From an uncultured Saprospiraceae bacterium (GTDB taxonomy: Bacteria > Bacteroidota > Bacteroidia > Chitinophagales > Saprospiraceae), in assembly GCA_964533785.1 (NCBI GenBank), contig CAZHNG010000001.1, positions 29,770 to 92,628 of the forward strand: 62,859 nt of DNA, written 5' to 3'. The position numbers were made by a program, and so were the translations under genes. Every line of letters starts with the position of its first letter. The stretch's first letter is position 1. The notes under the pieces were generated by a model. It worked only from the letters and a program-made list of their open reading frames with translations. It had not been told where the DNA came from and did no database searches. Shown here piece by piece: positions 59,506 through 62,859 of the stretch.

Positions 59506-61290
59506 ATGAAGCAACAATTCCCCAAATGGTTTAAATGGGTGCTTTTTTTTACTTTTCTGGTACAAATAAAAGGCACTTCACAGAATAGTATCAATCAAAT
59601 TTATGATATCCAACTACCCTACCATAGTTTGGGTTGGACAGATGAGGAAGCTGCCAAGTATGTGTTAAACCGCTTAGCATTTGGCCCCACCCAGGGACAG
59701 ATCAAAGAGGTAGTTCAACAGGGTGTAGAACAATGGATATTACAACAATTCAATGGGGTCAAAGAGCCCCGGTTCGAATCCAGGCTAAAAAAGGAGTTCC
59801 CTGCCCTTAATCTGTCGATAAAGGAGATTAACGCGACCTACCCCTCCCCTGCCGTGCGTTTCATCATCGCAGGTATTCGTAATCACTTAACCAGGTATAG
59901 GGACGGCAAATTAATTGATTCCCTGAAGGTTAACGAAATGCTAGGTACAGCGGTCAGGCAGGCGGTCAATGTTAAAAGAACCGACGATAGAGATTTTCCC
60001 GGTTATGCTATCTACGAAAAACTAACCCGTAAGTATGACTTCAAAGATTTTAACAGCCTCATGTACCAGTTGATGGCGCAAAAAATGATGAGAGCAATTG
60101 ACAGTGAGAATCAGTTGAAGGAAGTGTTGGTCGATTTTTGGTTTAACCATTTTAATGTTTCTATCACGCGAATTAATGATGTAGGGCCGCAAGTGTTAGC
60201 TTACGAACGCGATGCCATCCGGCCTTATGTATTGGGAAATTTTGCAGATTTGCTAAAAGCTACCGCTAGGCATCCGGCTATGCTGATTTACCTGGATAAT
60301 AATCGTTCAAACGCTGATGAAGGCGTTACTACGCTAGTAAAATACCGGGAGTCTCGTTTTTCAAAAAAGATGGCGGAAGGGGATTTAAAAGCTTTCGCTC
60401 AGACACCGGGTGTTAATGAAAATTATGCCCGGGAATTACTCGAACTGCATACCTTAGGTGTGGATGGCGGCTACACCCAGGAAGACGTTGAAGAAGTTGC
60501 CAGGGTATTTACCGGATGGAAAGCTTCGCCGTTTATGTTCCCTTACGCTAAGGCGGTCTTGAAACTAGCAGAATGGGCAGTAAAAGGCAAAAAATACGTC
60601 GTTTTAGAAGATGGCTTTTACTTCGATCCGCAACGACACGATGCCACCCCAAAAAATGTACTGGACCATCAATTTGATGGTAAGAAAGGCGTAGAAGAAG
60701 GGGAAAAAGTATTAGAGTTATTAGTCCGGCATCCTTCCACTGCTGGACATATTTCTCGGAAACTCGCCCAATATTTCGTTGCTGATACTCCTCCACCTAC
60801 CTTAGTTGAAAAAATGGCTATTGCTTTCCAGGCAAGTGATGGCAATATCAAAATGGTGCTCAAAACTATGTTAGAAGCACCGGAGTTTTGGATCAAAAAT
60901 GACGGTAATAAACTGAAATCGCCTTTTGAATTCATCGCCAGCAGTGTTCGGGCTATTGATGCTGACATCCAAGATCCTATTGAGTTATCGCGCTGGTGTA
61001 CCCGGATGGGGCAACCACTCTACGCCTACCAGGCACCAACGGGTTATCCGGATGAAACTGCCTTCTGGACTAACGGCACCGGCATGCTCAAAAGAATGGA
61101 TTTTGCCCTACAACTTGCCAATAATCAAATTAAAGGTATTTCCTACGATCCGTCGTCCATTCATGCGAAGATCCATTTCCTGTTGCTCAAGGATGCTACG
61201 GAAACTTTTGAATATCTGGAAAAAACTGCGGAGACTCCCGAGGAAAAAATCGGGTACTTGTTGGGGTCGCCATTGTTTCAATTTCAATGA
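59506..61290 (+). CDS. DUF1800 domain protein
   Basis: About 594 aa from the ATG at 59506 (the ORF-track start at 59485 is a TTG). Regions such as FWFNHFNV, YLDNNRSN and NENYARELLELHTLGVDGGYTQEDV match my memory of DUF1800. It is paired with a DUF1501 gene. Confidence 0.75.
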   Translation: MKQQFPKWFKWVLFFTFLVQIKGTSQNSINQIYDIQLPYHSLGWTDEEAAKYVLNRLAFGPTQGQIKEVVQQGVEQWILQQFNGVKEPRFESRLKKEFPALNLSIKEINATYPSPAVRFIIAGIRNHLTRYRDGKLIDSLKVNEMLGTAVRQAVNVKRTDDRDFPGYAIYEKLTRKYDFKDFNSLMYQLMAQKMMRAIDSENQLKEVLVDFWFNHFNVSITRINDVGPQVLAYERDAIRPYVLGNFADLLKATARHPAMLIYLDNNRSNADEGVTTLVKYRESRFSKKMAEGDLKAFAQTPGVNENYARELLELHTLGVDGGYTQEDVEEVARVFTGWKASPFMFPYAKAVLKLAEWAVKGKKYVVLEDGFYFDPQRHDATPKNVLDHQFDGKKGVEEGEKVLELLVRHPSTAGHISRKLAQYFVADTPPPTLVEKMAIAFQASDGNIKMVLKTMLEAPEFWIKNDGNKLKSPFEFIASSVRAIDADIQDPIELSRWCTRMGQPLYAYQAPTGYPDETAFWTNGTGMLKRMDFALQLANNQIKGISYDPSSIHAKIHFLLLKDATETFEYLEKTAETPEEKIGYLLGSPLFQFQ

Positions 61291-61350
61291 TTAAATATTA
61301 CTCCACCCAGTTTTCATCAGGCAACTTTCTTTTTACAAAAACCAAGTAAC

Positions 61351-62625
61351 ATGTGTGAACCAGTTCTAAAAAAGCAATGGAAGCGTCGCGCCTTTTTAAA
61401 AGGCAGCAGTTTGGCAGCTTTTTCTTTTTCGTTAGGAGGAATTCCCGCTTTTTTGCCAGAAGTAGCCAGGAACATTCAGGCTAAACAACCTTTTATACGC
61501 CGAAAAACGCTGGTATGTATTTTCCAGCGTGGCGCCATGGACGGGATAATGGCCGTACAACCAATCGATGATCCGTTTTTGGCCAAGTTACGCCCCGACC
61601 TCACCCATTCAGCCGCAAAAAGTGCGGGTGATAATCAACTCCTCGTACTCAATGACCAGTTCGGATTACACCCCAGCCTAAGTGCACTTTATCCTCTTTT
61701 TCAGGAAAAAAGACTGGCAATCGTTCACGGGGTAGGATCTCCAGAAGTCAACCGTTCTCATTTTGATGCGCAAGACTTCATGGAAAGCGGCACACCAGGT
61801 ATAAAAGGTACCACTACGGGCTGGCTTAACCGCGCCATTGGATTAATGGGACACGAAGCCACCCCATTCCGTGCCGTTTCGATTACACCCGCAATGCCAC
61901 GAAGCCTATACGGAAAAAATGGTGCCTTGGCAGTTGAGGATCTGTCTGATCTTTCTTTAAAGTCAGATCAATCCGGAAAAGCCGTTAATACTTTCAGCCA
62001 TCTTTACGAACAATCAGAGGATATTTTATTAAAGAAAGCAAGCCGAACAAGTCTGGAAGCCCTACGGTTATTGGAAGAAAAAAATATTCAACAATATAAA
62101 CCAGCACCAAGGGTTGAATATCCCAATTCCACGCTAGGACACAGTCTTCGTCAAATCGCACAGTTGATTAAAGCCGGTTTAGGGTTGGAAGTCGCATTTG
62201 CCGAATCCAATGGCTGGGATACCCACTCCCGGCAGGGTGGTAAGTTTGGAACATTTAATGTGCAGGCTTTGAATCTTGGGAAAGCTATTGCTGCTTTTTG
62301 GGAAGACCTGGGTACTTTTCAGGATGATGTCGTAGTGATGACTATGACCGAATTTGGCAGAACCGTTCACCAGAATGGTTCATTCGGAACGGATCATGGA
62401 CGGGGTTCTTGTCAATTTATTTTGGGAAATGCAATTGCCGGAGGCGAAATCTACGGAGAAGTGCCGGTCCTTGCTCCCGAAAACCTTGAAGATGGCAGGG
62501 ATCTGCCGGTTACTACTGATTTTCGTTCCGTTTTTATGGGAACGGTGCAGGGACATTTGGGAATTAGCCAGCAAAAGGTTGTTTTTCCGGGATGGGATGG
62601 GGAAGCTTTGGAGGTTTTTAAATAA
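61351..62625 (+). CDS. DUF1501 domain protein (sulfatase/phosphatase-superfamily-like), Tat signal
   Basis: KRRAFLKGSSLAAFSF twin-arginine signal. C-terminal TEFGRT...NG..GTDHG motif typical of DUF1501. Confidence 0.75.
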   Translation: MCEPVLKKQWKRRAFLKGSSLAAFSFSLGGIPAFLPEVARNIQAKQPFIRRKTLVCIFQRGAMDGIMAVQPIDDPFLAKLRPDLTHSAAKSAGDNQLLVLNDQFGLHPSLSALYPLFQEKRLAIVHGVGSPEVNRSHFDAQDFMESGTPGIKGTTTGWLNRAIGLMGHEATPFRAVSITPAMPRSLYGKNGALAVEDLSDLSLKSDQSGKAVNTFSHLYEQSEDILLKKASRTSLEALRLLEEKNIQQYKPAPRVEYPNSTLGHSLRQIAQLIKAGLGLEVAFAESNGWDTHSRQGGKFGTFNVQALNLGKAIAAFWEDLGTFQDDVVVMTMTEFGRTVHQNGSFGTDHGRGSCQFILGNAIAGGEIYGEVPVLAPENLEDGRDLPVTTDFRSVFMGTVQGHLGISQQKVVFPGWDGEALEVFK

Positions 62626-62634
62626 TAGACTTGT

Positions 62635-62765
62635 CTAGATGTACTGCCGGGTAAACTTGGGATCAAAGGCTTTTACTCACCGCTGAAGAACCGCTAAGAA
62701 AAGAGAACTTAGCCTTCTTTGTGGTGATTGAAGTTGCCCCAAGTTTAGAGATCAATACAGCCAGT
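62635..62765 (+). repeat. Family A repeat, forward copy at the window end
   Basis: tagatgtactgccgggtaaacttgggatcaaaggcttttactcaccgc...gattgaagttgccccaagtttagagatcaatacag aligns along the whole unit 1-151. Confidence 0.85.
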
Positions 62766-62859
62766 AGTTCCCGCCAGAAGTTAATGTCATTTTTGGGTTG
62801 GGTATTTTTCGAAAGGCAACGAGGAAGTGGGATAAAGGGACCCACATCCGAGTTTGAAA

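Noticed and set aside
59217-59594. A 125-aa minus-strand ORF in the divergent spacer, overlapping the DUF1800 start.
   Set aside because: It has AT-rich, Cys/Phe/Lys-skewed composition and no motifs. It overlaps the signal-peptide-coding start of the DUF1800 gene, so it is probably non-coding promoter DNA.
62663-62845. A 60-aa minus-strand ORF at the window end, together with overlapping ORFs at 62354-62666.
   Set aside because: They lie within the family A repeat or antisense to the DUF1501 gene, and nothing supports coding.

Overview
This is a roughly 63 kb chromosomal segment that looks Bacteroidota-like. The evidence is a T9SS C-terminal sorting domain, an alternative complex III plus aa3 oxidase supercluster, and a TAnnTTTG-type promoter box. 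I found no rRNA, CRISPR array, integrase or transposase.

Gene content in order:
- 302-8369: an uncharacterised carbohydrate/oxidoreductase cluster (RraA-like aldolase, FAD oxidoreductase lipoprotein, Na/solute symporter, DUF4434-like, AGE epimerase, SDR).
- 8625-10022: a MoaD/ThiS-like GG-terminated protein translationally coupled to a frameshifted BNR propeller gene.
- 10108-12843: an S9 peptidase fused to an FGE/SUMF1-like domain.
- about 12950-15646: an AT-rich islet of small orphan genes.
- 15647-15956: a tRNA-Arg(UCU) split by a 236-nt group I intron.
- 16052-17334: ung and a DUF423 protein.
- 17470-34909: a 17.5 kb respiratory block. It holds oxidase assembly factors, cox IV/III/III-like, ctaB, cox I, cox II fused to an OmpA-like domain, and ActF-E-D-C-B-A.
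- 35096-38054: thyA and a UbiD-family decarboxylase.
- 39057-42849: a Met-rich secreted protein and a sortilin/BNR protein.
- 43208-46756: an AAA-ATPase-like/PD-(D/E)XK gene directly downstream of a secreted MORN-caspase gene.
- 47308-55992: a 2894-aa T9SS cargo protein with HYR and PKD domains and several unrecognised Cys-rich repeat modules.
- 56212-62625: an IorAB-like Mo-hydroxylase and a DUF1800/DUF1501 pair.

Intergenic DNA carries a mosaic of structured repeats, including a roughly 150-bp family present at both window ends, and short heptamer runs.

The strongest candidates for something new are:
- the intron-containing tRNA-Arg;
- the orphan islet whose proteins carry effector-associated-like helical modules;
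- the MORN-caspase plus ATPase-nuclease pair;
- the CoxII-OmpA and cytochrome c-ActA fusions;
- the novel repeat domains in the giant protein.

All family names come from motif recognition by eye and need HMM confirmation.
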